64,000 nt of DNA from an uncultured beta proteobacterium. GTDB lineage: Bacteria > Pseudomonadota > Gammaproteobacteria > Burkholderiales > SG8-39. The notes beneath the pieces are model-generated. The model worked only from the letters and a program-made list of their open reading frames with translations. It was not told the origin of the DNA and ran no database searches. The DNA lies in the NCBI GenBank assembly GCA_963832685.1, contig CAWHUZ010000001.1:101800-165799 (forward strand), written 5' to 3'. Numbering within the stretch: position 1 is the stretch's first letter; each line of letters opens with the position of its first letter. The position numbers were made by a program, and so were the translations under genes. Below are positions 1 to 13,818 of this stretch, one piece after another.

Positions 1-138
1 GGCCGCGTGTTCGCCGGGAGGGGTGAACCGGAACACGCGACCTGAGGACATGCTGACGATTGTCACCCCGCTGCCCGCGTTCTGTAAACTCCCAGGCCTT
101 CGCCTCAAGCGCGGTCGCGCGAAACTGTGAGGAAGATC

Positions 139-1860
139 ATGAGCAGGAAGCAATTCTTGTCGGCGTTCTGGGCGCTCGCCCGCCCCTACTGGGTATCGAA
201 GCAGCGGCGCACGGGGATCGTGCTGCTCGCCACCGTGGTGGCGATGTCGCTCGGCCTGGTGTGGCTGAACGTCCAGTTCAACCATTGGTACAACGATTTC
301 TACAATACCTTCCAGACCAAGGACCAGGGCGAGTTCTACCACCAGCTGTTGAGGTTCACGCTGCTCGCCTTTGCCTACATCATCGTGTGGGTGTACCAGG
401 TCTATCTGCAGCAGATGCTGCAGATCGAGTGGCGCACGTGGCTAAACGATCACTTTCTCGCCGATTGGCTCGAGGACCGTGCCTATTACAGGATGCAGCT
501 GCTCGACCGCGGCACGGACAACCCCGACCAGCGCATCTCGGAGGACCTGCGCATATTCGTCGACAGCACGCTCTCCCTCGGGCTCGGCCTGCTGTCCGCG
601 GTGGTCACGCTGGTGTCGTTCGTGACGATCCTATGGACGCTTTCCGGCGTGCTGAGCTTCACCGTCGCGGGTACGCATATCTCGGTCGCAGGATACATGG
701 TGTGGTTCGCGCTGCTGTACGCGATCGGCGGCTCATGGCTCACGCACCTGATCGGAAGGCCGCTGATCCGGCTGAATTTCGACCGGCAGCGCTTCGAGGC
801 CGATTACCGTTTCTCGCTGGTGCGCCTGCGCGAGAACAGCGAGGGCGTCGCGCTCTACCGGGGCGAAGGCGAGGAAGTGGAGAATTTCCGCGCGCGCTTC
901 GGCAACGTGATCGGCAACTGGTGGCGAATCATGCGCAAGCAGAAGCAGCTCGGGTTCTTCACCATTTCCTACGCCCAGCTCGCCGTCATCTTCCCGTTCG
1001 TGGTCGCCGCGCCGCGCTTCTTCTCCGGCGCGATCGCGCTCGGGGGACTGATGCAGATTTCCTCCGCCTTCGGCCAGGTGCAGGGCGCATTGTCCTGGTT
1101 CATCGATGCCTATCAGCAGTTCGCTGCGTGGAAGGCCACCGTGGACCGGCTTACCGGGTTCACCGCCACGCTCGCGCGCGTGCGGGAGGAGGCGGCGCGG
1201 CTGGACGGCGACCGCGTCGAGGGCGCCGGCTCGGCGCTCGCAACGGACGGTCTCGCACTCGCGCTGCCGCAGGGGGAGGCGCTGCTCGCGCCGACCACGC
1301 TCGAGATCAAGCGCGGCGAGCACGTATTGGTCACGGGGCCCTCAGGTGCCGGCAAGTCGACGCTGTTCCGTGCCCTGGCCGGGATCTGGCCCTACTGGCG
1401 CGGAAGGATCGCGCTGCCGCGCGGCGCGCGGCTGCTTTTTCTGCCGCAGAAGCCCTACCTTCCAATCGGTACCCTGAAGCACGTGGTGTGCTACCCGGGA
1501 GACCACCGCGCGATCGGCGATGCCGAGGTGCGCGAAGCGCTGCAGGCGGTGGGGCTGGGCCGGCTCGCGGACGACCTGGACCGCCGCGAAAGCTGGGCCC
1601 AGGTGCTCTCGGGCGGCGAGCAGCAGCGGCTTGCGTTCGCGCGCGCATTGCTCAACCACCCGGACTGGCTGTTCCTGGACGAGGCGACCTCGGCACTTCC
1701 CGACGAGGACCAGGCCGCGCTCTACCGGGTCGTCGGCGAGCGCCTTCCCGGCGCGACGCTGGTATCGATCGGACACCGGGCGAGCCTCCCCGGGTTCCAC
1801 GAGCGACGGCTTTCCTGGCAGACCTCGGGCGAAGGAGCGCCGCGCCTAGCGCCGGCCTAG
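139..1860 (+). CDS. Fused permease/ATPase ABC transporter, SbmA/BacA-like (YddA-type) family
   Basis: ORF 127..1860. N-terminal multi-TM region, then a C-terminal ABC ATPase with Walker [10 protein letters not shown], signature LSGGEQQR and Walker B LFLDEA. ATG 139 preferred over GTG 127 because GAGGAAG lies about 6 nt upstream. Confidence 0.85.
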   Translation: MSRKQFLSAFWALARPYWVSKQRRTGIVLLATVVAMSLGLVWLNVQFNHWYNDFYNTFQTKDQGEFYHQLLRFTLLAFAYIIVWVYQVYLQQMLQIEWRTWLNDHFLADWLEDRAYYRMQLLDRGTDNPDQRISEDLRIFVDSTLSLGLGLLSAVVTLVSFVTILWTLSGVLSFTVAGTHISVAGYMVWFALLYAIGGSWLTHLIGRPLIRLNFDRQRFEADYRFSLVRLRENSEGVALYRGEGEEVENFRARFGNVIGNWWRIMRKQKQLGFFTISYAQLAVIFPFVVAAPRFFSGAIALGGLMQISSAFGQVQGALSWFIDAYQQFAAWKATVDRLTGFTATLARVREEAARLDGDRVEGAGSALATDGLALALPQGEALLAPTTLEIKRGEHVLVTGPSGAGKSTLFRALAGIWPYWRGRIALPRGARLLFLPQKPYLPIGTLKHVVCYPGDHRAIGDAEVREALQAVGLGRLADDLDRRESWAQVLSGGEQQRLAFARALLNHPDWLFLDEATSALPDEDQAALYRVVGERLPGATLVSIGHRASLPGFHERRLSWQTSGEGAPRLAPA

Positions 1861-1882
1861 GCCGAGCGAGAAAACGCTGCGA

Positions 1883-4720
<2,838 letters not shown>

Positions 4721-4832
4721 GTGGCGCCGCCGGCGGGGGCGGCTGAGAAACTAAACCTGCTACTATAACGAGTTCCCGGCAAGTCGTTCCACTCCTTCGT
4801 TGTATCGTCTTTCTGGACACTGAATTCACGCC

Positions 4833-6065
4833 ATGGATTCCGAACGCATGAGTCCACAGGAGAGGCGGGCTGGCGCCTCTCTCGCCTCGCTGTTCGGCCT
4901 GAGGATGCTCGGGCTGTTCCTGATCCTGCCGCTGCTCTCGGTCGACGCGCACAAGCTCGCCGGCGGCGACAACATGACCCTGGTGGGCATCGCGCTCGGC
5001 GCCTACGGCCTGACGCAGGCGTTCCTGCAGATTCCGTTCGGCATGGCGTCCGACCGCTGGGGGCGAAAGCCGGTGATCGTGGTGGGTCTGCTGCTTTTCG
5101 CCGCGGGCAGCTTCGTAGCCGGGGCGGCGCACAGCATATACGTGGTGATCGCCGGCCGCGCGATCCAGGGCGCGGGGGCGGTTTCATCGGTGGTCGTCGC
5201 GCTCACCGCGGATCTCACGCGCGAGCGGCACCGCACCAAAGCGATGGCGATGATCGGCAGCACGATCGGCCTTGCGTTCGCGCTGTCGCTGGTCGTTGCC
5301 CCGCTGCTTTATCGCTGGATCGGGCTGAGCGGAGTGTTCTACGTTACCGGCCTGCTGTCCTTCGCCGCGATCTGGCTGCTGTTTGCGATCGTGCCGAATG
5401 CAGTCGAGCCCTCGCGTGCCGAGCAGCCCGCACGCGCGCGCGACCTCCCGTCTCTGGTCATGCAGCCCGAGCTCATGAGGCTAAACGTCGGGATCTTCGT
5501 GCTGCACGTGTCACAGATGGCGATGTTCGTCGTGGTTCCGCCCATGCTGGTCGAAGCGGGCCTTGCGCTGCCGGCGCACTGGAAGTTCTATCTTCCGGTC
5601 GTGCTGGCGTCGTTCGTGCTGATGGTGCCGGCCGTCTTCTATGCCGATAGGCGCAATCACCACAAGACGGTCCTGCTCGGCACCATACTTCTGCTGGCGG
5701 CGGTCGAAGTCGGGCTGGCAGCGGCGCCCGATCGCATCATGCCGCTCGCCGGCCTCATGGTGGCCTTCTTTCTCGCGTTCAACGTGCTCGAAGCGCTGCT
5801 GCCGTCCCTGGTCTCGCGCATCGCCCCGGCGCACGCGCGCGGTACGGCGATCGCGGTGTACAACACGACCCAGACCCTGGGCCTGTTCGTCGGCGGCATG
5901 ATCGGAGGCTGGCTGGCCAAGAATCACGGTCCGCAAGCCGTGTTCAGCACCTGCGCGGGATTGGCCGCGATATGGCTGCTGGCGGCGGCAGGGATGCGCC
6001 CGCTGGCGCCAAAGCGTGTCAACGAACTGGCCGAGTCCGACGTTTCCCGTTCACGGGGAGCTTGA
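4833..6065 (+). CDS. MFS transporter
   Basis: 410 aa, about 12 hydrophobic helices, MFS loop motif GMASDRWGRKPV. Confidence 0.85.
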   Translation: MDSERMSPQERRAGASLASLFGLRMLGLFLILPLLSVDAHKLAGGDNMTLVGIALGAYGLTQAFLQIPFGMASDRWGRKPVIVVGLLLFAAGSFVAGAAHSIYVVIAGRAIQGAGAVSSVVVALTADLTRERHRTKAMAMIGSTIGLAFALSLVVAPLLYRWIGLSGVFYVTGLLSFAAIWLLFAIVPNAVEPSRAEQPARARDLPSLVMQPELMRLNVGIFVLHVSQMAMFVVVPPMLVEAGLALPAHWKFYLPVVLASFVLMVPAVFYADRRNHHKTVLLGTILLLAAVEVGLAAAPDRIMPLAGLMVAFFLAFNVLEALLPSLVSRIAPAHARGTAIAVYNTTQTLGLFVGGMIGGWLAKNHGPQAVFSTCAGLAAIWLLAAAGMRPLAPKRVNELAESDVSRSRGA

Positions 6066-6113
6066 GTGCGCAGGCTGCTCGAGGTGAGACAACTCGCAAA
6101 TGGGGAGGTTTGA

Positions 6114-6581
6114 ATGGCTTCAGTGAACAAGGTGATTCTGGTCGGCAATTTGGGGCGCGATCCTGAGACACGCTACATGCCGGATGGCGCGGCGCTCACG
6201 AATGTGTCGGTCGCCACGTCCTACCAATGGACCGACAAGGCGAGCGGCGAGAAGAAGGAAGATACCGAGTGGCACCGGGTGGTGTTCCGTGCCCGCCTGG
6301 CTGAAATCGCCGGGGAGTACCTCAAGAAGGGATCGCAGATCTACGTCGAGGGGCGATTGCGCACTCGCAAATGGCAAGACAAGGAGGGCCAGGACCGATA
6401 CACGACCGAGATCGTCGCCGACACGATGAAGATGCTCGGCTCGCGCGCCGGCGCGGGCGAACCGCGCAACGAGCCGCCGCGCGAAGCAGCGGCGCAGCCG
6501 GCCGCGGCCGAGCCAAAGGCGGCTGCGGCCAAGAAGCCGGCGGGAAAGTTCGACGACATGGAGGACGACATCCCGTTCTGA
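6114..6581 (+). CDS. ssb: Single-stranded DNA-binding protein
   Basis: [20 protein letters not shown]-fold N-terminus, Ala/Pro-rich linker, acidic tip DDMEDDIPF. Confidence 0.97.
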   Translation: MASVNKVILVGNLGRDPETRYMPDGAALTNVSVATSYQWTDKASGEKKEDTEWHRVVFRARLAEIAGEYLKKGSQIYVEGRLRTRKWQDKEGQDRYTTEIVADTMKMLGSRAGAGEPRNEPPREAAAQPAAAEPKAAAAKKPAGKFDDMEDDIPF

Positions 6582-6633
6582 CCTATAATGCGCCCCCGAT
6601 CGCAGTTGAAATCAGTGTGTTAGGGGCATCGCG

Positions 6634-6981
6634 ATGCCAATCTACGAATATCGTTGCAGCGAGTGCGGCTTCCAGGACGAGTATCTGCAGAAAGTCTCGG
6701 AGCCGCCGCTGAGCGTCTGCCCGTCGTGCGGCAAGGCGACGTTTCAGAAGCTGCTCAGCGCCGCCGGCTTCCAGCTCAAGGGCAGCGGCTGGTATGCCAC
6801 CGATTTCCGCAACAGCGGCTCGAAGGCGGCCAAGCAGGAAGATTCGAAACCGGGGCCGACGGGCGATTCAAAGCCGGGCGACAAGAAAGACGCCAAGGCC
6901 GGGTCGGATGCGAAGCCGGAAGTGAAAGCGAAAGCGAAATCCGAGGCGCCGGCGTCGGGCGGGGGCGGCACCCCGGCCTGA
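6634..6981 (+). CDS. FmdB-family zinc-ribbon protein with Lys/Pro/Gly-rich tail
   Basis: MPIYEYRCSECG ... CPSCG, the characteristic CxxC...CxxC FmdB N-terminus. Confidence 0.85.
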   Translation: MPIYEYRCSECGFQDEYLQKVSEPPLSVCPSCGKATFQKLLSAAGFQLKGSGWYATDFRNSGSKAAKQEDSKPGPTGDSKPGDKKDAKAGSDAKPEVKAKAKSEAPASGGGGTPA

Positions 6982-7057
6982 ACGATATAATCGACGACTT
7001 TCACCCTACGCGACGCGCGCGCCGCGACGGGCCACCCCGCGGCCGGCCCTTCGGACC

Positions 7058-7684
7058 TTGAAAAAATACCTGATTACCGGTCTTCTGATCTGGATCCCGC
7101 TGGTCATCACCATCTGGGTCCTGAAGCTCGTGGTCAACACTCTCGACCAGAGCATGCTGCTGCTGCCGCAGCACTGGCGCACCGAATACTGGCTCGGCGT
7201 GCATGTTCCCGGGCAGGGCGTGCTGCTTACGATCGTCATCGTGTTCGTCACTGGCGTGCTGGCGGCGAACTTCATCGGCGAACGGCTGGTGCGAATCTGG
7301 AACGAGCTGCTGCACCGCATCCCGTTCGTGTCGTCGATCTACTCGAGCGTCAAGCAGGTTTCGGACACGCTCTTTTCGTCCACCGGACAGGCGTTCCGCA
7401 AGGCGCTGCTGGTGCAGTGGCCGCGCGACGGCACGTGGACGATCGCTTTCCAGACCGGCGTACCGGGCGGGGACGTGGTGAATCACCTCAGGGGCGACTT
7501 CGTCAGCGTATACGTTCCCACCACGCCGAACCCGACCGGCGGCTATTTCGTGATGCTGGCGCGGGCCGACGTGATCGAGCTCGACATGAGCGTCGACGAG
7601 GCCTTGAAGTACATCATTTCCATGGGCGTGGTGTCGCCCGCGGGCAGGACCGACAGGCACGCCGCGTCCGGCGGTGCCCCGTAA
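7058..7684 (+). CDS. DUF502 family membrane protein
   Basis: TTG start. [22 protein letters not shown] is typical of the DUF502 N-terminus; two TM helices. Confidence 0.8.
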   Translation: MKKYLITGLLIWIPLVITIWVLKLVVNTLDQSMLLLPQHWRTEYWLGVHVPGQGVLLTIVIVFVTGVLAANFIGERLVRIWNELLHRIPFVSSIYSSVKQVSDTLFSSTGQAFRKALLVQWPRDGTWTIAFQTGVPGGDVVNHLRGDFVSVYVPTTPNPTGGYFVMLARADVIELDMSVDEALKYIISMGVVSPAGRTDRHAASGGAP

Positions 7685-7697
7685 CGGGCGAGAGCGC

Positions 7698-9470
7698 TTG
7701 CGAACGCACTACTGCGGCGACGTTTCGGCCGACCTCGTCGGGCGCAGCGTGACGCTGTGCGGCTGGGCGCACCGCCGGCGCGACCACGGCGGCGTGATCT
7801 TCATCGACTTGCGTGACCGCGAGGGCCTCGCACAGGTAGTGTTCGATCCGGACCGGCCGGAAGCTTTCGCCACCGCCGACCGCTCGCGCAACGAGTACGT
7901 GCTCAGGGTTACCGGCACGGTGCGCCGCCGTCCGCAAGGCACGGTCAATCCGAATTTGCGCTCCGGCGAGGTAGAGGTCCTGGCGCGGGAAGTCGAGGTG
8001 TTGAACGTCTCCGCGCCGCCGCCGTTCCAGCTCGACGACGACAACCTTTCGGAGACCACGCGCCTCACTCACCGCGTGCTCGACCTGCGGCGCGAGCCGA
8101 TGCAGCGCAACCTGCGGCTTCGTTACCGCGTCGCGATGGCGGTGCGCCGGTTTCTCGACGCTCAGGGCTTCATCGACATCGAAACTCCGATGCTCACGCG
8201 CTCGACGCCCGAGGGCGCGCGCGACTACCTTGTGCCCTCGCGCGTGCACCCGGGGGAATTCTTCGCGCTGCCCCAGTCCCCGCAGCTGTTCAAGCAGCTG
8301 CTGATGGTGGCGGGATTCGACCGTTACTATCAGATCGTGAAGTGCTTCCGCGACGAGGATCTGCGAGCGGATCGTCAGCCGGAATTCACCCAGATCGACC
8401 TTGAAGCCTCCTTCATCGACGAAGCCGGCGTCCAGGCCATAAACGAGGCGCTGATCCGGTCGGTGTTCAAGGAAGTGCTCGGCGTCGATCTCGAAAACCC
8501 GTTTCCGCGCATGACTTACGCCGAAGCGATGTCGCGCTTCGGCTCGGACAAGCCGGATTTGCGCGTCGCGCTCGAGCTCACCGAGCTCACGGACCTGATG
8601 AAGGCGGTCGATTTCAAAGTTTTCCGCGGCGCGGCAGACATGGCCGGAGGACGGGTCGCGGCGCTGCGCGTGCCGAAGGCGGACCTGACGCGCAAGGAAA
8701 TCGACGACTACACGGCGTTCGTCGGCATCTACGGGGCCAAGGGCCTGGCCTACATCCGCGTGAACGACCGCGCGAAGCTTCCGGATGGGTTGCAATCGCC
8801 AATCGTCAAGTTTCTTCCGGCGGACGTGCTGGCGAAGATCTTGGATCGCACCGGCGCGCAGAACGGCGACCTGCTCTTCTTCGGCGCCGACCGGGCTAAG
8901 ATCGTGAACGACGCACTCGGCGCGCTGCGCGTCAAGCTCGGTCACGACAAGGGCTACGCCGAGCAGGGATGGCGGCCGCTGTGGGTGGTCGACTTCCCGA
9001 TGTTCGAATGGGACGATGAGGCGAAACGATGGGCCGCGATGCACCATCCCTTCACTTCGCCCAAAGACGGACACGAGGACCTTCTCGCCACCGAGCCCGG
9101 CAAGGCCCTTTCGAAGGCCTACGACATGGTGCTGAATGGTTCGGAGATCGGCGGAGGGTCGATTCGTATCCACCACGCAGAGGTTCAATCGAAGGTGTTT
9201 CGCGCGCTTGGCATTTCGGAGGCCGAAGCGGAGCTCAAGTTCGGCTTCCTGCTGGAGAACCTGCAATACGGCGCGCCGCCCCACGGCGGAATTGCCTTCG
9301 GACTGGACCGCATCGTCGCCATGATGACGGGCGCGGAGTCGATTCGCGACGTGATCGCGTTTCCGAAGACGCAACGCGCGCAGTGCCTGCTGACGCATGC
9401 GCCGAGCCCGGTGGACGAAAAGCAATTGCGCGAGCTCGGCCTGCGCCTGCGAGACAAACCCAAGGCGTGA
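7698..9470 (+). CDS. aspS: Aspartate--tRNA ligase
   Basis: ORF 7674..9470. Class II synthetase with [18 protein letters not shown] and GGGSIRIH motifs. TTG 7698 gives the canonical MRTHYCG N-terminus; GTG 7674 is the alternative. Confidence 0.95.
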   Translation: MRTHYCGDVSADLVGRSVTLCGWAHRRRDHGGVIFIDLRDREGLAQVVFDPDRPEAFATADRSRNEYVLRVTGTVRRRPQGTVNPNLRSGEVEVLAREVEVLNVSAPPPFQLDDDNLSETTRLTHRVLDLRREPMQRNLRLRYRVAMAVRRFLDAQGFIDIETPMLTRSTPEGARDYLVPSRVHPGEFFALPQSPQLFKQLLMVAGFDRYYQIVKCFRDEDLRADRQPEFTQIDLEASFIDEAGVQAINEALIRSVFKEVLGVDLENPFPRMTYAEAMSRFGSDKPDLRVALELTELTDLMKAVDFKVFRGAADMAGGRVAALRVPKADLTRKEIDDYTAFVGIYGAKGLAYIRVNDRAKLPDGLQSPIVKFLPADVLAKILDRTGAQNGDLLFFGADRAKIVNDALGALRVKLGHDKGYAEQGWRPLWVVDFPMFEWDDEAKRWAAMHHPFTSPKDGHEDLLATEPGKALSKAYDMVLNGSEIGGGSIRIHHAEVQSKVFRALGISEAEAELKFGFLLENLQYGAPPHGGIAFGLDRIVAMMTGAESIRDVIAFPKTQRAQCLLTHAPSPVDEKQLRELGLRLRDKPKA

Positions 9471-9922
9471 GCCTCAAGATTCCCGTATCGGTCCTGGTGG
9501 TCGTTCACACGCCGGCGCTCGACGTTCTGCTGCTTGAGCGCGCCCTCAGACCTGGATACTGGCAGTCGGTGACGGGCTCGATCGACTGGACCGACGAGCC
9601 GCTCGAGGATGCGGCGCTGCGCGAGGTGCGCGAAGAGACCGGAGTCACGGCATCGCCCGCGGATCTGCTGCGCTGGAACGTGATCAACACCTTCCGCATC
9701 TGGGGAGAATGGAGTCATCGCTTCGTCCCCGGCACCACGCATAACACCGAGCACGTCTTCAGCCTCCAAGTCGCGGAGCGGCTGGCGGTTGTGCTGGCTG
9801 CGCAGGAACACCTCTCCTACGCCTGGCTGCCGTGGCACGAAGCGGCGCGAAAGTGCTTCTCGTGGTCGAATCGCGAGGCAATCGAAATGCTGCCGCAGCG
9901 GCTGCGAATCGCATTGGCGTAG
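9467..9922 (+). CDS. nudB: Dihydroneopterin triphosphate diphosphatase (Nudix)
   Basis: C-terminal part of ORF 9029..9922. GTG start overlaps the aspS stop (GTGA). Nudix box [23 protein letters not shown]; WQSVTGS and SWSNREAIE resemble E. coli NudB. Confidence 0.85.
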   Translation: MSLKIPVSVLVVVHTPALDVLLLERALRPGYWQSVTGSIDWTDEPLEDAALREVREETGVTASPADLLRWNVINTFRIWGEWSHRFVPGTTHNTEHVFSLQVAERLAVVLAAQEHLSYAWLPWHEAARKCFSWSNREAIEMLPQRLRIALA

Positions 9923-9934
9923 AATTCCGCCCCT

Positions 9935-11365
9935 ATGTCAGACAAAGCAGAGGCCGCGCCCGAGCCGGCGCCGCCTCCGGTGGAGTTGGCGGCACCCTGG
10001 CAGCCAGATCCCGAAGACGACGAACCGGCCGACGGCCGCGGCTTGAAGCAGGGCCTGCGACGCCCGCACCGGCTGCATCAACTTCTTTCGCCCCGACGCT
10101 GGCTGCAGCGGTTGGTGTTCTGGGGTGGTGCGATCGCCGTGGCGGGCGTGGCGATGCTGTTCGCGATCGGCGCCGAGCACGCCAACAACGTCCTGCACTT
10201 CGGCCTCGCATGGTCGCCGTATCTTCAACTTCTGCTCACACCGCTCGGCATCGCGCTGGTGGTCGCCGCGACGCGCCAGTTTCCCGGCAGCGAGGGTTCC
10301 GGGATTCCGCAGACCATCGCGGCGCTTTCGGTCGCCGATAACGTCGAGCGGGGCCGATTGCTCAGCCTTCGCACGGTCGCGGGCAAGATCCTGCTCACAC
10401 TGGTCGGCCTGGCGGCAGGCGCGTCGGTCGGACGCGAGGGCCCCACGGTGCAGATCGGCGCCTCGATCATGCACGCGATGGGCAAGCTGATCCGTTTTTC
10501 TCGGCACGACATGGAGAAGGGGCTCATCCTGGCCGGGGGCGCGGCGGGCGTCGCGGCGGCCTTCAACACTCCGCTCGCGGGCATCGTGTTCGCGATCGAG
10601 GAGATGAGCCGCTCCTTCGAGGAGCGCACCAGCGGCACGATCCTCACCGCGGTGATCGTAGCGGGCGCCGCGTCGCTCGCGGTCCTGGGCGACTACACCT
10701 ATTTCGGACATACCTCCGCCTCGTTCGGATTCGGGCAGGCGTGGATCGCGGTCGGCGTGTGCGGCGTGGCGGGCGGGCTTGCCGGGGGAATCTTCAGCCA
10801 GCTCCTGGTGATGTCCTCGCGCGGTCTGCCGGGAAAGCTCGGAACCTTCGCCCGCGAGCGCCCGGTGGCGTTTGGCGCCGCATGCGGGCTGCTGCTCGCC
10901 GTCATCGGGCTCGCCTCCGGCGGCACCACGTACGGCACCGGCTATCACGAGGCGCGCAAGATCGTCGAGAGCACCGAGGCGCTTCCGGCTAGCTACGGCA
11001 TACTGAAGCTTCTCGCCTCCCTCGTGTCGTACATAAGCGGAATTCCCGGCGGACTGTTCTCGCCTTCGCTCGCGGTCGGCGCGGGACTGGGCGCCAACCT
11101 GGCGCTCGTCGTGCCGTATGCGCCGGCGGCCGCGGTGGCCCTGCTCGGAATGGTGGCGTACTTCGCCGGCGTGGTCCAGGCGCCGATCACGGCCTTCGTG
11201 ATCGTCATGGAGATGACCGACAACCACGATATGCTCCTGCCGCTGATGGCGACTTCGCTGATCGCGACCGGCATTTCGCGCCTGGTGTGCAACGAGCCGC
11301 TCTACCGCGCGCTCGCCTTGCCGTTTCTCAAGCGTTCCAACGCGACGTCCCGGGTCCGTGCGTAG
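9935..11365 (+). CDS. ClC-family chloride channel / H+-Cl- antiporter
   Basis: 476 aa with ClC selectivity motifs GSGIPQ, GREGPTVQ and GGLFSPS. Acidic, Pro-rich N-terminal extension of about 50 aa. Confidence 0.85.
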   Translation: MSDKAEAAPEPAPPPVELAAPWQPDPEDDEPADGRGLKQGLRRPHRLHQLLSPRRWLQRLVFWGGAIAVAGVAMLFAIGAEHANNVLHFGLAWSPYLQLLLTPLGIALVVAATRQFPGSEGSGIPQTIAALSVADNVERGRLLSLRTVAGKILLTLVGLAAGASVGREGPTVQIGASIMHAMGKLIRFSRHDMEKGLILAGGAAGVAAAFNTPLAGIVFAIEEMSRSFEERTSGTILTAVIVAGAASLAVLGDYTYFGHTSASFGFGQAWIAVGVCGVAGGLAGGIFSQLLVMSSRGLPGKLGTFARERPVAFGAACGLLLAVIGLASGGTTYGTGYHEARKIVESTEALPASYGILKLLASLVSYISGIPGGLFSPSLAVGAGLGANLALVVPYAPAAAVALLGMVAYFAGVVQAPITAFVIVMEMTDNHDMLLPLMATSLIATGISRLVCNEPLYRALALPFLKRSNATSRVRA

Positions 11366-11407
11366 CGCTGACGGTGCCCAGGCTGCGGGAGGTCCTGAGG
11401 TGACGAC

Positions 11408-12157
11408 ATGAATGGGCCGCTGCGCATCATCACGCTGAATGTCCACAAGGGCCTGTCGCAATTCAACCGGCGCATGGTCATCCACGAGCTGCGGGAGGGC
11501 TTGCGCGCGCTCTCGCCGGATATCGTGTTCCTGCAGGAAGTGTTGGGTTTGAACGAGCGCCACGCGTTACGCTTTGCGACCTGGCCTCAGGCGCCGCAGT
11601 ACGAGTTTCTCGCCGAGGACCGCTGGCAGCACGCATACGGGCGAAACGCGGTCTACGACCATGGACATCACGGCAACGCGATACTGTCGCGCTTTCCGAT
11701 CCTGTCGAGCTCGAACGCGGACGTTTCAAACCATCGCTTCGAGAAGCGAGGTCTTTTGCATTGCGAAGTCGCGGTGCCGGACTGGCCCCACAATCTGCAC
11801 TGTCTGTGCGTTCACCTTTCGCTGCACGAGCGCGGGCGCCGCAGGCAGCTCGATGCGATCGCGGGGCGGCTCGAGGAGATCGTTGCGCGTGGCATGCCGG
11901 TGATCGTCGCCGGCGACTTCAACGATTGGCGACAGCGCGCAACTTCGATCCTCGCGCGGGGGCTGGGCATGACCGAGGTCTCAACCGCTCGAGGTGGACG
12001 CGCTGCGCGCACGTTTCCAAGCTTCATGCCGTTTTTGCGCCTGGACAGGATCTACATCCGAGGCTTCGACGTCGTCGCCGCACGCGTGCACCGGGGCGCG
12101 CCATGGTCGCTGCTTTCGGACCATCTCGCGCTCGGCGCGGACCTGAAGCGAATTTAG
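11408..12157 (+). CDS. Endonuclease/exonuclease/phosphatase (EEP) family protein, YbhP-like
   Basis: 249 aa. N-terminal ITLNVHKG and C-terminal SDHLAL motifs of the EEP fold; sits 3 nt upstream of clsB. Confidence 0.8.
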   Translation: MNGPLRIITLNVHKGLSQFNRRMVIHELREGLRALSPDIVFLQEVLGLNERHALRFATWPQAPQYEFLAEDRWQHAYGRNAVYDHGHHGNAILSRFPILSSSNADVSNHRFEKRGLLHCEVAVPDWPHNLHCLCVHLSLHERGRRRQLDAIAGRLEEIVARGMPVIVAGDFNDWRQRATSILARGLGMTEVSTARGGRAARTFPSFMPFLRLDRIYIRGFDVVAARVHRGAPWSLLSDHLALGADLKRI

Positions 12158-12160
12158 CGC

Positions 12161-13342
12161 ATGCGGTTCGTTCCGGGCAACCACCTGCAGCTTCTGCGCA
12201 ACGGCGAGGAATACTTCCCGGCGCTTGTCGCCGCGGTGGACGGGGCCTCCAACGAGATATTCCTCGAAACGTATATTTTCGCCGACGACGAGGCGGGTAG
12301 CCTGGTGGTGGACTCGCTCGCCCGCGCGGCAGCGCGCGGAGTGACGGTGCACGTTTTGCTGGACGGCTTCGGCGCGCGCGACTTCGCAACCCGATTTCAC
12401 GCCGTGCTCCGGCAGTCTGGCGCCCACCTACTGATCTTCCGCCCGCAGATCAGCCCTTGGACGTTGCGGCGCGGCCGGCTGCGGCGTATGCACCGCAAGT
12501 TGGCCTGTATCGACGGGCGCATCGCGTTCGTGGGTGGCATCAACGTAATGGACGACCACGATGCGGCCGGCCAGAGTCCCCCGCGCTACGACTACGCGGT
12601 GCGGATCGAGGGGCCGCTTACGGAAGAGATTCGGGCGGCGGCGGCACGCCTGTGGGCGCGGGTGTCGTGGGCTACGTTCGGGCGTCGCTGGCCGGGCTTC
12701 GTGGCGCCGTCGAAGAGAACCTGGCGCGCGACGCCTGGCGCGCCGGCCGCGGTGCCCGGAGGGCAGCGCGTGGCGCTCGTGGTGCGCGACAACCTGCGCC
12801 ATCGGAACGATATCGAGGACGCTTACCTGCGCTTTATCGGCGAAGCGCGCGCGGAGATCGTGATCGCTAATGCGTACTTCTTTCCCGGGCGAAGCTTCCG
12901 GCGTGCGTTGGTGGACGCCGCCGGCCGGGGGGTACGCGTCGTGCTGTTGCTGCAGGGAAAGGTGGAATACCCTCTGTTGCACTACGCGTCCCGTGCGCTA
13001 TACGGCGCGCTGCTGGACGCCGGCATCGAGATCCGCGAATACTACCGAAGCTTCCTGCACGCCAAGGTGGCGGTCTTCGATGGCAGCGTCGCCTGCGTGG
13101 GGTCCTCGAATATCGACCCGTTCAGCCTGCTGCTCGCGCGCGAGGCGAACGTGTTCGTGGACAACGCGGAATTTGCCGGACAGCTGCGATCCAGTATCGA
13201 GGAAGCCATGCGCGACGGTTCGCTTGCGCTGCCGCCCCGGCAATGGAACCGACTTCCGCTATGGCAGCGCGCCCGCATCTGGATTGCCTACGGTATTGCG
13301 AGGCTGCTAACCAGCCTCGCGAGTCTCGAGCCCTACCATTGA
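12161..13342 (+). CDS. clsB: Cardiolipin synthase B (phospholipase D family)
   Basis: 393 aa with two HKD motifs (HRKLACIDGRIAFVGGIN, HAKVAVFDGSVACVGSSN). Collinear similarity to E. coli ClsB. Confidence 0.9.
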   Translation: MRFVPGNHLQLLRNGEEYFPALVAAVDGASNEIFLETYIFADDEAGSLVVDSLARAAARGVTVHVLLDGFGARDFATRFHAVLRQSGAHLLIFRPQISPWTLRRGRLRRMHRKLACIDGRIAFVGGINVMDDHDAAGQSPPRYDYAVRIEGPLTEEIRAAAARLWARVSWATFGRRWPGFVAPSKRTWRATPGAPAAVPGGQRVALVVRDNLRHRNDIEDAYLRFIGEARAEIVIANAYFFPGRSFRRALVDAAGRGVRVVLLLQGKVEYPLLHYASRALYGALLDAGIEIREYYRSFLHAKVAVFDGSVACVGSSNIDPFSLLLAREANVFVDNAEFAGQLRSSIEEAMRDGSLALPPRQWNRLPLWQRARIWIAYGIARLLTSLASLEPYH

Positions 13343-13359
13343 CCGGCGTCGGGTGCGTG

Positions 13360-13818
13360 TCAGTCCGGACGGCGCCCGAACATGCCCCAGCCTTCGAAGG
13401 TCATGACGGTCTCGCCGTTCTGGTTTACCGCCTCCGTGCGCGACTTGACCAATCCCATGTCGGGGCGGCTGCTCGAAGGGCGCGCTTCGAGCACCACGCG
13501 CCGGTAGGAAATGGTATCGCCGGCATGCACCGGCTTGAGCCAGCGGACGTTCTCGATCCCGGGCGAGCCGAGGCTGGCGCTGCGATTGATGTAGTTTTCA
13601 CACAGCAGGCGCATCGCGACCGCGCAGGTGTGCCATCCGCTCGCGATCAGGCCGCCGAAATAGGTGGCCTTGGCGGCCGCCGGGTCGATGTGAAACGGCT
13701 GCGGATCGAACTTGCGTGCAAAATCGATCATCTCCTGTTCGACGAAGGTGTGGCTGCCGATCGGCACCGTCTCGCCGACCTTGAAGTCTTCCCAGTAGAT
13801 AGTCTTGCCGGCGTTCAA
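13360..13818 (-). CDS. MaoC-like (R)-hydratase, hotdog fold
   Basis: C-terminal 152 aa of ORF 13360..14247 (FHIDPAAAKATYFGGLIASGWH). TTG start overlaps the upstream stop (TTGA). Confidence 0.8.
   Translation of the reverse strand: MNAGKTIYWEDFKVGETVPIGSHTFVEQEMIDFARKFDPQPFHIDPAAAKATYFGGLIASGWHTCAVAMRLLCENYINRSASLGSPGIENVRWLKPVHAGDTISYRRVVLEARPSSSRPDMGLVKSRTEAVNQNGETVMTFEGWGMFGRRPD

Noticed and set aside
1-51. Possible 5' end of a minus-strand gene (ATG at 51..49, MSSGRVFRFTPPGEHAA...) running off the left edge.
   Set aside because: Only 17 codons are visible, with no recognisable motif. It cannot be supported from the window.
4757-4772. SOS (LexA) box candidate CTGCTACTATAACGAG in the uvrA-MFS divergent region. 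uvrA and ssb are classically SOS-regulated.
   Set aside because: It mismatches the CTGT-N8-ACAG core at both arms (CTGC / CGAG). No better match lies upstream of ssb either.
7614-11563. 603-aa and 541-aa antisense ORFs opposite aspS and the ClC channel gene.
   Set aside because: They are antisense shadows of well-supported genes, His/Arg/Asp/Gln-rich with no domain signatures.
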